DNA from: an uncultured Verrucomicrobiae bacterium | Lineage (GTDB): Bacteria > Verrucomicrobiota > Verrucomicrobiia > Chthoniobacterales > UBA10450 | Direction: 5' to 3' | Length of the DNA stretch: 64,000 bases | Assembly (NCBI GenBank): GCA_963735805.1 | Contig: CAVTMK010000002.1 | Location: forward strand, 928,001 to 992,000 | In this document: positions 20,561 through 29,732 of the stretch, one piece after another | Numbering within the stretch: the first letter of the stretch is position 1 | How the letters are laid out: every line of letters starts with the position of its first letter | Translations under genes and position numbers: made by a program | Notes under the pieces: model-generated | What the model saw: the letters and a program-made list of their open reading frames with translations, nothing else | What the model was told of the DNA's origin: nothing | Databases searched by the model: none

Positions 20561-21901
20561 ATGCAACCCCAGCCGCCTCGTAATTCGCTTCCGAAAAATC
20601 CGACCGTAGAAACGTTCGGAGCGTTGCCGCCCGGCACGACTCAGCGAACGCTTGCCATCATTATGGGCGGGGGCGCGGGCACACGTTTATTCCCGTTGAC
20701 GAAAGACCGGGCCAAGCCGGCGGTGCCGCTCGGGGGCAAATACCGGATTGTCGATATCTCGATCAGCAATTGTCTGAACTCCGGGCTGCGGTCGATCTAT
20801 GTGCTCACGCAATTCAACAGCATGTCGCTGCATCGACATATCCAGGACAGCTACAAGTTCGACAATTTCTCGCGCAGTTTTGTGGATATTCTGGCGGCTC
20901 AACAAACCCCTGCCGGGTCGCAATGGTATCAGGGAACCGCCGATGCCGTCCGGCAAAACATGCGCTATTTCCTGGAGCGTCCCTTTGATTATTACCTGGT
21001 CCTAAGCGGGGACCAGCTTTACCGGATGGATTTTCGTGCCCTTCTACATCAGCACATCCGGTCCGGTGCGGACATTACGTTGGCCACCAAACCCGTGGCG
21101 CGGCATCAGGTTCCCGAGTTTGGCATCATCCAGAGTGGGGTTGACCGCCGGGTCACGCGATTCGTCGAGAAACCAACGGACGAAGTAGTATTGCAGGAAA
21201 TGAAAATGAGCCGGGAGCTGCTCGGTGCCATCGGTTCCAAGGAAGAGCAAGAATTGTTTCAGGCTTCGATGGGAATTTACGTCTTCAATCGCGACGTTCT
21301 GATACAATCGTTGCAGAATGATCTGGTGGATTTCGGCAAACACATCATCCCGTTCTCGATCAAAGATCGGCATGTCGGCGCATTTATTTTTCAAGGTTAC
21401 TGGGAAGACATCGGAACAATCCGCGCTTTTTACGAGGCGAATCTGGATCTCACCGATGTAGTGCCCGAGTACAGCTTTTTTGAGCCCGAGTCTCCCGTCT
21501 ACACGCATCCGCGTTTTTTGCCGGGGAGCAAAATCAACGGCGCCACTCTGCGGCAGGCGATAATTTCGGATGGATGCATCATCTCGGATGCGCACCTAGA
21601 GCGATGTGTGGTGGGAATACGCAGTGTTATTCAAAGCGGTGCGACGATCAGGAACAGCATCGTAATGGGCGCGGACTATTTTGAATTAGAACGAACAGAT
21701 TCGTCACAGCCGCCGATCGGTATTGGACGCAATTGCGTCATCGATCGTGCCATTATCGACAAAAACGCGCGCATCGCCGATGGGGTGGTGATTACGCCGG
21801 AGGGCAAACCGCCAAATTTGGATGCGGACAATTATTTCATCCGCGATGGCATTGTTGTGATACCCAAAAACGCAGTCATTCCAGCCGGTCTCTGGATTTG
21901 A
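20561..21901 (+). CDS. glgC: Glucose-1-phosphate adenylyltransferase
   Basis: GGGAGTRLFPLTKDRAKPAVP, WYQGTADAV, SGDQLYRMD, YWEDIGT. Confidence 0.97.
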   Translation: MQPQPPRNSLPKNPTVETFGALPPGTTQRTLAIIMGGGAGTRLFPLTKDRAKPAVPLGGKYRIVDISISNCLNSGLRSIYVLTQFNSMSLHRHIQDSYKFDNFSRSFVDILAAQQTPAGSQWYQGTADAVRQNMRYFLERPFDYYLVLSGDQLYRMDFRALLHQHIRSGADITLATKPVARHQVPEFGIIQSGVDRRVTRFVEKPTDEVVLQEMKMSRELLGAIGSKEEQELFQASMGIYVFNRDVLIQSLQNDLVDFGKHIIPFSIKDRHVGAFIFQGYWEDIGTIRAFYEANLDLTDVVPEYSFFEPESPVYTHPRFLPGSKINGATLRQAIISDGCIISDAHLERCVVGIRSVIQSGATIRNSIVMGADYFELERTDSSQPPIGIGRNCVIDRAIIDKNARIADGVVITPEGKPPNLDADNYFIRDGIVVIPKNAVIPAGLWI

Positions 21902-21978
21902 ATTTTAGTCTTGAAGGTAGATCGCTACTCCGACAGGCAATTTTCCCAAAAGCGTTTAGGACAACGCGTTTCACCCGG

Positions 21979-22188
21979 CTAACGCCGATCGGTCATGTTC
22001 TGGAACTGCCCGCCACTAGTCTCCCATTGTTCCTGTTTGTTCCACGGGATTGACGTGTCGTGATGGTCGTCTGGATCGCTGACCAGACGAGCATCCTGTT
22101 GTGCCGCGCACGAGACCATTACTGTCCCTAATGTGCATACCAAAGCAGAAAAGATGAGCCTGCGAAGCTTACGGATTTGTGCCAGCAT
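21979..22188 (-). CDS. Small putative lipoprotein
   Basis: Basic N-terminus, hydrophobic core, lipobox-like MVSC; IPWNKQEQWE motif; overlaps the end of the upstream gene. Confidence 0.6.
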   Translation of the reverse strand: MLAQIRKLRRLIFSALVCTLGTVMVSCAAQQDARLVSDPDDHHDTSIPWNKQEQWETSGGQFQNMTDRR

Positions 22189-23014
22189 ATATCACACTGT
22201 CTCCAGGTTGCATTTGGGCGCCCAGCGCCAGACTGTTGCTGATGATATCGCCGATGGCCGTCGACGGTTCAACTGAAGAAATGCGAATTTTTCCGATTAA
22301 AGTTCCCTCCCGCAGAACAAGCATCTCGGCATTGGATTCGACTCCGTGGTGAGTACCAAGGTTTAACACCACGAAGTTGTAGGCCTGATTTACAGCGAGG
22401 ACGGTGCCGCGCAAACCTGTTCGGCGCGGGCTGGACTCGCGTACGGTTTCACGCCGTTTCTTTCCCTCCTTTGATTGACCTGCGTGCTCCTGGATGTCCT
22501 GAAGTTTTTGGGAAAGGAAAGCTTTCTCTTTTTCCGCACCGTCTAGTTGACGACGAAGATCATCAAGTTGCGCTTCCAAATCGGCTCCCGCCGCCGTCGG
22601 AGCGGGGCTCTCAACTACTGAACCATTTGGATTTTTTCCTGCTTCTTCGGCGCGCTGCTGCAAAGTGGCGATTTCTTTCTGGTTCTGGTCTAATTTTGCC
22701 TGCAAATCGGCCTTCTCTTTCTGCATCTGCGCGAGATCGGCTTCGGCTTTTGCCGCTCGATTTTCTGCTTCCACGACTTTACCCTGTTCTTGCTTTGCCA
22801 CCGTTCCAGCACCCGGCGGAGTATTCAGCTTATCGCGGACGTGCCTCTCGGTTGAATCGCGCGCAGCCTGTGCAGTCGCCACAGTTGCGCGAAGCGCCTT
22901 CAATTTTTGAGTGTTTAGAAAGCCAAAAAATGCTGCTAGTACGAGCAGCAAAATGGCAAGGCTAGCCACGCTTTTCGGCGTGGAGGAGGATACCGCCGAT
23001 TCCCGGTGCGTCAT
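22169..23014 (-). CDS. Membrane-anchored coiled-coil protein with C-terminal beta-barrel (FlgT-C-like); paralogue of 35628..36515
   Basis: TM LAILLLVLAAFFGFL, heptad region, GTVLAVNQAYNFVVLNLG...GKIRISSV...GDSVI. Confidence 0.7.
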   Translation of the reverse strand: MTHRESAVSSSTPKSVASLAILLLVLAAFFGFLNTQKLKALRATVATAQAARDSTERHVRDKLNTPPGAGTVAKQEQGKVVEAENRAAKAEADLAQMQKEKADLQAKLDQNQKEIATLQQRAEEAGKNPNGSVVESPAPTAAGADLEAQLDDLRRQLDGAEKEKAFLSQKLQDIQEHAGQSKEGKKRRETVRESSPRRTGLRGTVLAVNQAYNFVVLNLGTHHGVESNAEMLVLREGTLIGKIRISSVEPSTAIGDIISNSLALGAQMQPGDSVIYAGTNP

Positions 23015-23157
23015 TGGAGAGTGTATGTATGGAGTGGTGCCTTTTTAAATGAATCACGCAGAAACGCAATCTTGAATTCAAGTTGCGATGCGGGGGTGAA
23101 AAACAATCGGGGTTCAATCGGATTGCGTTTCTCATTGTTTCAACCGATAGACTTCCT

Positions 23158-23298
23158 ATGGGACAACAGCACCGCGTACGAGACAAGCGCAAACGACGTA
23201 GAGCGTATCTGGAGCGCAAGAAGACAACGCTGCGAGCAAGTGCTGTGCAACCGGCACCGGGCAAGCGGGCAAAGAAGGAGCCTGCTGCGGAAGAGTAA
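23158..23298 (+). CDS. 46-aa Arg/Lys-rich small protein
   Basis: ATG at 23158 gives MGQQHRVRDKRKRRRAYLERKK...KKEPAAEE, ending 17 nt before the NYN gene. Confidence 0.6.
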   Translation: MGQQHRVRDKRKRRRAYLERKKTTLRASAVQPAPGKRAKKEPAAEE

Positions 23299-23315
23299 AT
23301 TCGATTTAGGTCGTA

Positions 23316-23738
23316 ATGCCGCAACGCGACCGTTATCTGATCGTCGATGGGCACAGCGTTATTTTTGCATGGTCTGAATTGCGCAAGCTCCAGGCGCGGC
23401 GGTCTTCCCTCGCGCGTGAAGCGTTGATCAAACGATTGCGAGATTATCAAGACTGGACCGGTGTGCGGGTGGTAGTGGTCTTTGATGGCAAAGGAAGAAA
23501 GATCGAGACGACCTCCGAACCGGCAGACGTGCAGATCTTTTATTCCCGTACGGGCCAGACGGCCGACGCCATCATCGAGCGACTGGCCAGCAAATACGCG
23601 AAACGATTTGAACTCATGGTAGCTACTTCTGATTCCATGGAGGGAGAAACAGTTGAGGCGTGCGGCGCAGAATGGATCTCGCCGGAAGCGTTACGCGGAC
23701 TTCTTGAGCCGTTGGATCGTAAAATGTTGAAGCGTTAA
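23316..23738 (+). CDS. NYN-domain (YacP/Rae1-like) ribonuclease
   Basis: LIVDGHSV, VVVFDG, TADAIIE and VATSD acidic PIN/NYN motifs. Confidence 0.85.
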   Translation: MPQRDRYLIVDGHSVIFAWSELRKLQARRSSLAREALIKRLRDYQDWTGVRVVVVFDGKGRKIETTSEPADVQIFYSRTGQTADAIIERLASKYAKRFELMVATSDSMEGETVEACGAEWISPEALRGLLEPLDRKMLKR

Positions 23739-23793
23739 ACGGCGATGCTAGTGGGATGTGTCCTTTTATTGCTTTAAGAATTGTTAGGGAATT

Positions 23794-24807
23794 CTAAAGC
23801 CCCAGTTTCTTCTCAATCTCCTTCACCCTTGCAAAGAGTTTTCCGAGGCGGCGAACCCAGGCAATCTGTTGCTTTGCTTCCGCAAGCGGTACCGCGGGCG
23901 ACGCCCACCACGCCCCGCCGTTGGTGTTCTTGGAGATGCCACTCTGCGCACCGATGGCTGTGCCATCGCCAATCTCGATATGTCCAATGATACCAACCTG
24001 ACCGCCAATTAGGACACGCTGACCGATCCGGACACTGCCGGCAATTCCAGTCTGCGCTGCGATCACGGTATTCCTGCCGATCACAACGTTGTGCGCGACC
24101 TGCACGAGATTGTCGATCTTTGCTCCTTCTTGGATCCAGGTTCGACCAAAACGGGCCCGGTCGATCGTGGTGTTGGCGCCGATCTCGACGTCGTCATCGA
24201 TCTGTACAATTCCAAGCTGCTGAATTTTCTCCTGGCGGCCATCGACCATTTCAAATCCAAATCCGTCCGCGCCAATTACCGTGCCGCTGTGAATGATTAC
24301 ACGCGATCCAATGCGGCTTCGCTCCCGAATAGTTACTCGCGGATAAATCAAACAGGCAGATCCGATCATCGTCTCATGGCCGACATAGCTTCCTGCGCCA
24401 ATGATTGTGTCATCGCCGATTTTGACGCCGTCTTCGATGACTGCACACGGCTGAATTGATACGCCTTCTCCGAGCTGTGCATTTGGTCCGACAATCGCGC
24501 TTGGATGAATTCCCGGGGCAAAGGTGATCGGTTTCGGTGCAAATTTAGACACCACCTGTTCGAATGCCTTCGTAGGATTGGAGACGCGAACCTGTGCAAC
24601 TGCGAGTGGTTCAGCAAAATCGGATGGAACGAAAACAGCTGAAGCCCGGGTCTTACGCAGGAGGCCGACATATTTTCGATTGGCGAAAAAACTAATCTCT
24701 CCGCTGGTGGCCTCACCCAATGATGCAGCGCCAGAAATCTTTAGCTTTGGATCGCCAACTAACTCACCGCCAGACATGCTGGCCAGTTCTTGAAGAGTCA
24801 AAGACAC
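23794..24807 (-). CDS. lpxD: UDP-3-O-(3-hydroxymyristoyl)glucosamine N-acyltransferase
   Basis: Hexapeptide repeats, IGADGFGF, DDVEIGANTTIDR, KIDNLVQVAHNV. Confidence 0.96.
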   Translation of the reverse strand: MSLTLQELASMSGGELVGDPKLKISGAASLGEATSGEISFFANRKYVGLLRKTRASAVFVPSDFAEPLAVAQVRVSNPTKAFEQVVSKFAPKPITFAPGIHPSAIVGPNAQLGEGVSIQPCAVIEDGVKIGDDTIIGAGSYVGHETMIGSACLIYPRVTIRERSRIGSRVIIHSGTVIGADGFGFEMVDGRQEKIQQLGIVQIDDDVEIGANTTIDRARFGRTWIQEGAKIDNLVQVAHNVVIGRNTVIAAQTGIAGSVRIGQRVLIGGQVGIIGHIEIGDGTAIGAQSGISKNTNGGAWWASPAVPLAEAKQQIAWVRRLGKLFARVKEIEKKLGL

Positions 24808-24840
24808 GGAAAAGGTAACTCGCTAAATAGTTGAGCGTTG

Positions 24841-24870
24841 CCAGCTTCGCCTAGGCTACGGCAGCCAGGC
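24841..24870. repeat. Short CGTAGC..GCGAAG palindromic family copy
   Basis: Reverse complement GCCTGGCTGCCGTAGCCTAGGCGAAGCTGG; similar to the element nested in mqnA (51278-51310). Confidence 0.55.
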
Positions 24871-24883
24871 AAGCACCGAAGCA

Positions 24884-25732
24884 TCAGGGCACATTTGGAT
24901 TTTTGGGCCAACGTGGCGGGCGCTTTTCAATAAATGCCTGAACGCCCTCGAGCGCGGCTTCATCCATCATGTTGGAAGCCATAGTCTGCGCAGCCGCTTC
25001 ATAGGCTTGGGCAATGACAAGTTCAATTTGCCGATAGAAAAATTCCTTTCCCATCGCCACCGCGACACGCGGTTTTGCGATGATTGTCGCAACGAGTTTC
25101 TCAACTTCTGCGTCAAGTCGTTCCGGTTCTACGACGCGATTAATTAACCCATGCGCTTTTGCTTCTTCCGCGCCTATAAATTCACCCGTTACGAGCATCT
25201 CAAACGCCATCTTGCTGAAAACGTTGCGAGATAGCGCGACGCCCGGCGCTGAACAAAAAAGACCCAGGTTAACGCCGCTGACAGCGAACTTCGCGGTGCT
25301 TGCGGCAACTGCGAGATCGCACATGGCCACGAGTTGGCACCCCGCCGCTGTCGCGATGCCCTGAACACGAGCGATCACCGGCACGGGTAAACGCTGAATC
25401 GCAAGCATCGTTTGGGAACACTGATTGAAAAGCCGCTCGTAGTAATCAAGTGATGGCTTTGCGCGCATCTCTTTTAGATCATGACCGGCACAGAACGCTT
25501 TGCCTTCCGCTGCCAAAACAACGACCCGCGCCGCCTCGTCTTCGGCTATTGTGCCAAATTCGCGCTGCAGCGCCGACAGCATTGCTTCAGATAGGGCATT
25601 GAAAGCGTGCGGTCGGTTCAATGTCAGCGTGACGACGGCGCGCGAATCCTGGCTGCGCAAGACAACGGGTTCCTCGCGCCCCGGCGGTTTAGCGGTTGGT
25701 GCAGGTTCGAGTGATACAGAAGAAGTTTTCAC
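24884..25732 (-). CDS. Enoyl-CoA hydratase/isomerase family protein
   Basis: LNRPHAFNALS, AFCAGHDLKEM, ATAAGCQLVAMCD. Confidence 0.92.
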   Translation of the reverse strand: MKTSSVSLEPAPTAKPPGREEPVVLRSQDSRAVVTLTLNRPHAFNALSEAMLSALQREFGTIAEDEAARVVVLAAEGKAFCAGHDLKEMRAKPSLDYYERLFNQCSQTMLAIQRLPVPVIARVQGIATAAGCQLVAMCDLAVAASTAKFAVSGVNLGLFCSAPGVALSRNVFSKMAFEMLVTGEFIGAEEAKAHGLINRVVEPERLDAEVEKLVATIIAKPRVAVAMGKEFFYRQIELVIAQAYEAAAQTMASNMMDEAALEGVQAFIEKRPPRWPKNPNVP

Positions 25733-25883
25733 GGAGTGCGACCTTTAACGCTACCGCTGAAACTCAAAATCTAAAATCCGAAAAATTTAGTTTCCGTTTG
25801 CAGCGACTGGCAACATCATCTGGCGAGCTTGGGAGACCGCAACAATGCGCAGCCCGGATTGATTAGATTAATTATTCTAACTT

Positions 25884-26690
25884 ATGAAGATCGTCGCGAT
25901 CGCTAATCAGAAAGGCGGCGTGGGTAAAACCACAACGGCTGTGAATCTCGGCGCCGCGCTGGCTGAAATCGGACATCGCATTTTGATTATCGATCTTGAT
26001 CCACAAGCGAACGCGACCAGCTCATTCGGCTTACAGGCAGTAGAGCAAACCAGTCTTTATGAGCCCTTGCTCGGCGGCGCCTCCATTACTGAAAGGATTT
26101 TTCCGACCGAACGCGAAGCATTGTTCATTGTGCCCGCTGATCTTGATCTTGCCGGCGCTGAGGTCGAGATCGCGCGGATGCCGAACCATCTTACCCGCCT
26201 GGCCGAAACGCTCCAGCCGCTTCATGTAGATAAGACATTTGATTTCGTTCTTCTGGATTGTCCGCCTTCGCTTGGAATCCTGATGACCAACGCGCTTGCC
26301 GCCGCCGACGAACTCTTGACGCCAATACAGTGTGAATATTTCGCGCTGGAAGGATTGGTAAAAATTGTGCGGCTTATCGAACAGGTACGAGGCTCAGGCG
26401 CGAACAAGCGCCTCCAGCTCGGCGGCATTGTCATGACCATGTTCGACGGCAGGACCAACCTAAGCGAGCAGGTCGTTGCCGAGGTGCGCCAGCATTTTGG
26501 CGAGCGCGTTTACCAAACTGTGATTCCCCGGAGTGTCCGGTTGAGCGAGGCGCCAAGCTTTGGAAAATCGATTCTGGAGTACGCTCCGAGTGGCGCGGCC
26601 GCGGAAGCTTATCGCGCTCTGGCGCGCGAGTTCATCGAGCGCCAGACTCCGCCAGCCATTGCTCCCGACTCATCGCAAAGACAAGCGTAG
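25884..26690 (+). CDS. parA: ParA/Soj family ATPase
   Basis: NQKGGVGKTTT, DLDPQANAT, DCPPSLG, QCEYFALEG, SEAPSFG. Confidence 0.93.
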   Translation: MKIVAIANQKGGVGKTTTAVNLGAALAEIGHRILIIDLDPQANATSSFGLQAVEQTSLYEPLLGGASITERIFPTEREALFIVPADLDLAGAEVEIARMPNHLTRLAETLQPLHVDKTFDFVLLDCPPSLGILMTNALAAADELLTPIQCEYFALEGLVKIVRLIEQVRGSGANKRLQLGGIVMTMFDGRTNLSEQVVAEVRQHFGERVYQTVIPRSVRLSEAPSFGKSILEYAPSGAAAEAYRALAREFIERQTPPAIAPDSSQRQA

Positions 26691-27159
26691 GAAATCCGCG
26701 AAACACCGTCTCTTTTTCGATTTTCATTCCGTTTTTCTCCGACACGCGGCGCGAGGCGATGTTGTCAGGATGGATCAGCGAAATGACCCTGGGTAAACCT
26801 AGGTCACGGAAGGCGTGACTGCGTACAGCCTGGGCGGCCTCGCTTGCAAGTCCACGATTCCAATAATCGGGATGAAGTCGGTAACCGATTTCAATTTCGT
26901 TCTTTCCATCCACCTCCTGGTGAAGGAAACCGCAATAGCCAATCAGCTCATTGTTTCTGCGAAAAATCACCGCAAACTGCGAGGGGAGTCCAGCCTGCGT
27001 CCACGAGAAAAATTTCTGCAACACGCCCTGCGTCTGCTCGCGCGTGCATGTGCCGAGCGAAAAGCGCATGAAATCGCGGTTTGCCATGAGTTCGGCGAAA
27101 CGTTCGATGTCTTCTTCTCGGAATGAACGCAGAATCAATCGCGGCGTTTCCAGAATCAT
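26632..27159 (-). CDS. GNAT RimJ/RimL family N-acetyltransferase
   Basis: LETPRLILR, EIGYRLHPDYWNRGLASE, NIASRRVSEKNGM. Confidence 0.9.
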   Translation of the reverse strand: MILETPRLILRSFREEDIERFAELMANRDFMRFSLGTCTREQTQGVLQKFFSWTQAGLPSQFAVIFRRNNELIGYCGFLHQEVDGKNEIEIGYRLHPDYWNRGLASEAAQAVRSHAFRDLGLPRVISLIHPDNIASRRVSEKNGMKIEKETVFRGFPTLVFAMSREQWLAESGAR

Positions 27160-27209
27160 TTGGTTAAACAAACTCGAATTCCAAGGGAGTTGCGATTCCT
27201 AATCGAAAG

Positions 27210-27851
27210 ATGGTCAGTGCCACTGAGGAATATGCGCGGCCGGCCCAGCCGCCAGACACGTCAAGCCTGGCAGAGCTACGCCGGGCGGCGAGCGAATGCA
27301 CGGCGTGCCACCTCTATAAACGGGCCACGCAGACCGTTTTTGGTGAGGGCCCGAAAAGCGCGGCGATCATGCTGGTTGGCGAACAGCCGGGCGATTACGA
27401 AGATCAAGAGGGTAAGCCGTTCGTTGGACCAGCTGGAAAAATCATGGATCAGGCGCTGGAAGAAGCAGGAATCGATCGCATGGAAGTTTACGTCACGAAT
27501 GCTGTGAAGCATTTTAAATGGGAGCCTCGCGGTAAACGCCGGATTCATCAGAAACCAAATTCGCGGGAAATAGCGGCCTGTCGTCCCTGGCTGGAAGCGG
27601 AACTGCGCCTTGTTAAACCGAAATTGCTGGTTTGCCTCGGAGCGACAGCGGCACAAACCGTTTTCGGTCCATCATTTCGTGTTACCCGCGAGCGCGGAAA
27701 GGTACTGTCATCGAAACTTGCTCCGAGGGTTCTCGCTACGGTGCACCCATCATCTCTTCTTCGACAGCCGGACGAAGAGTCGCGGCAACGCGAGTATGAT
27801 CGATTCGTTGTGGACCTTCGTGCAGCACTAAGGGCAGCCAGTAAAGAATAG
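27210..27851 (+). CDS. udgX: UdgX family uracil-DNA binding protein (family-4 UDG fold, 4Fe-4S)
   Basis: CTACHL, GEQPG, R-loop KHFKWEPRGKRRIHQKP, HPSSLLR. Confidence 0.9.
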   Translation: MVSATEEYARPAQPPDTSSLAELRRAASECTACHLYKRATQTVFGEGPKSAAIMLVGEQPGDYEDQEGKPFVGPAGKIMDQALEEAGIDRMEVYVTNAVKHFKWEPRGKRRIHQKPNSREIAACRPWLEAELRLVKPKLLVCLGATAAQTVFGPSFRVTRERGKVLSSKLAPRVLATVHPSSLLRQPDEESRQREYDRFVVDLRAALRAASKE

Positions 27852-27901
27852 TTTAGCGATTGTTGGGGCATTCGGACGGCGGAGCGCGCGGCGTCCCTGC
27901 C

Positions 27902-29092
27902 TCAATCTACCACCGCGACATCTCGGGTTTTGTACTCCGCAACAAACACTTTGCGAAACTGATCGAACGTTCCCCGTTCAATTTGAACGCGCGCTTCATT
28001 CATTAGATTCAAATAAAAATGCAAGTTATGCAGAGTGATCAGGCGTAGCCCGAGAATTTCTTCCGCTTTGATCAGATGCCGAATGTAGCCGCGCGAAAAT
28101 TCGTTACAGGCATGGCAGGCGCAGTTTTCTTCGATCGGGTTCTTGTCCAGAATAAACTCCGCATTTTTTAAATTGATTGTGCCTGTAGTGGTAAAGGCAG
28201 TTCCATTTCGGGCGAGTCGCGTCGGCAGGACGCAATCAAACATATCCATTCCGCGGGCGATCAACTCCAGCAGTTGCGGTGGAGTGCCGAGCCCCATCGC
28301 GTAATGCGGCTTATTCCCGGGCAGGAATGGCTCGGCCCATTCGACGGCCTGCATCATTTCCTCCTCCGGTTCGCCTACGCTCACGCCGCCGATGGCGTAA
28401 CCATCGAAATCAAGGTCGACAATTGCCTGAGCACTTTGCTTTCGCAGGTCCTCAAATGTTGCGCCCTGGACTATACCGAAAAGAAGCTGGCATTTCTTTT
28501 CTTCCGTGGTGGCAACCGCGTCGGATTCATTCTTGAGTTTCGCAGGCGACACGCCTGCCGCCACGGCTCCCTTGCATCTCTTCGCCCAGCGCGTTGTCAT
28601 CTCCGCGCTTTGCGCTGCGTAATCATATTCGCATGGATACGGAACACATTCATCGAGGGCCATCGCGATGTCGCCGCCGAGCAAGGTCTGAATCTCCATG
28701 GCGATCTCGGGTGATATGAATGCTCGTGCCCCGTCGAGGTGGTTTTGAAATTCAACGCCCTCCTCCGAGATTTTGCGTAGCCTCGAGAGGGAAAAAATCT
28801 GATATCCGCCACTGTCAGTCAAAATGGGTCCATCCCATTTTCCGAAGTTGTGCAGGCCTCCAAAATGTTTGATCACGTTCAGTCCCGGCCTAACGAATAG
28901 ATGGTACGTATTTCCAAGGATGATTTGCGCATTTAGTTCGCGCAATTCCCGAGGGCTAACGCCTTTGACCGAACCCTGCGTTCCCACCGGCATGAACGCC
29001 GGCGTATGGATGACGCCATGCAGGGTCGTTAGGCGTCCGCGTCTTGCTTTGGAATGTCTATCGATGGCCAAACATTCAAAGTTTTTCTGCAT
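27902..29092 (-). CDS. tgt: Queuine tRNA-ribosyltransferase
   Basis: TPAFMPVGT, LGNTYHL, TDSGGYQ, FDCVLPTR, CACHAC, HNLHFY. Confidence 0.97.
   Translation of the reverse strand: MQKNFECLAIDRHSKARRGRLTTLHGVIHTPAFMPVGTQGSVKGVSPRELRELNAQIILGNTYHLFVRPGLNVIKHFGGLHNFGKWDGPILTDSGGYQIFSLSRLRKISEEGVEFQNHLDGARAFISPEIAMEIQTLLGGDIAMALDECVPYPCEYDYAAQSAEMTTRWAKRCKGAVAAGVSPAKLKNESDAVATTEEKKCQLLFGIVQGATFEDLRKQSAQAIVDLDFDGYAIGGVSVGEPEEEMMQAVEWAEPFLPGNKPHYAMGLGTPPQLLELIARGMDMFDCVLPTRLARNGTAFTTTGTINLKNAEFILDKNPIEENCACHACNEFSRGYIRHLIKAEEILGLRLITLHNLHFYLNLMNEARVQIERGTFDQFRKVFVAEYKTRDVAVVD
28504..28566. repeat. 63-bp palindromic element in frame inside tgt
   Basis: Terminal IR CCGTGGTGGCA/TGCCGCCACGG and inner hairpin GCAGGCG-ACA-CGCCTGC. 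Confidence 0.75.
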
Positions 29093-29100
29093 CTCAATGA

Positions 29101-29129
29101 GAGATTCCTCGACTCCGCTCGGAATGACA
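29101..29129. repeat. TGTCAT-family REP arm just upstream of tgt
   Basis: GAGATTCCTCGACTCCGCTCGGAATGACA is the reverse complement of the 8340 left arm with 1 mismatch. Confidence 0.85.
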
Positions 29130-29149
29130 AATGCAGTGTAAAATATTTT

Positions 29150-29177
29150 TTGCAGATCACGATTTCCCCTCTATATT
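29150..29177 (+). promoter_or_regulatory. Putative sigma70 promoter of the str operon
   Basis: TTGCAG-16 nt-TATATT preceded by an AT-rich UP-like tract, about 110 nt before rpsL. Confidence 0.55.
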
Positions 29178-29288
29178 CGCGACCCACCGCATCAGGCGCG
29201 TGAGAGAGTTTGCTGCGCAACCTGGGCGGGTTTTTTGTCGCCCCGCGCACGACGCTTTTGGCGGCGCTTTGTTTTTAGAATTTGAAAA

Positions 29289-29711
29289 ATGCCTACGATT
29301 AATCAGCTGATTCGCAAAGGACGCCGAAAGGTATCGGTGAAGTCAAAGTCACCGGCCCTGATGGATTGTCCTCAGCGTCGCGGCGTGTGCGTCCAGGTGA
29401 TGACGCGCACACCGAAGAAGCCGAATTCTGCGCTGCGCAAAGTGGCAAAAGTGCGGTTGACGAATGGCCAGGAAGTGATTGCCTACATTCCGGGCGAGGG
29501 GCATAATTTACAGGAGCACTCGATCGTGCTTGTGCGCGGGGGACGCGTAAAGGATTTGCCGGGTGTGCGCTATCATATTGTGCGCGGAACGCTCGATGCG
29601 CTTGGCGTTGATGGGCGCCGGCGCGGCCGCTCCAAGTATGGGGCGAAGCGTCCCAAAGGTGGTGCTGGCGGAGGCGGCGCGGCGAAAGAGGCCGCTGCAG
29701 AAAAGAAATAA
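29289..29711 (+). CDS. rpsL: 30S ribosomal protein S12
   Basis: [29 protein letters not shown]. Confidence 0.98.
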   Translation: MPTINQLIRKGRRKVSVKSKSPALMDCPQRRGVCVQVMTRTPKKPNSALRKVAKVRLTNGQEVIAYIPGEGHNLQEHSIVLVRGGRVKDLPGVRYHIVRGTLDALGVDGRRRGRSKYGAKRPKGGAGGGGAAKEAAAEKK

Positions 29712-29732
29712 TATTGGACAGGAAGATCGACA

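Noticed and set aside
25884..26690. Plasmid partition locus or replication origin
   Set aside because: Chromosomal Soj-type sequence; no parB, rep or dnaA, and no parS or DnaA-box cluster noticed.
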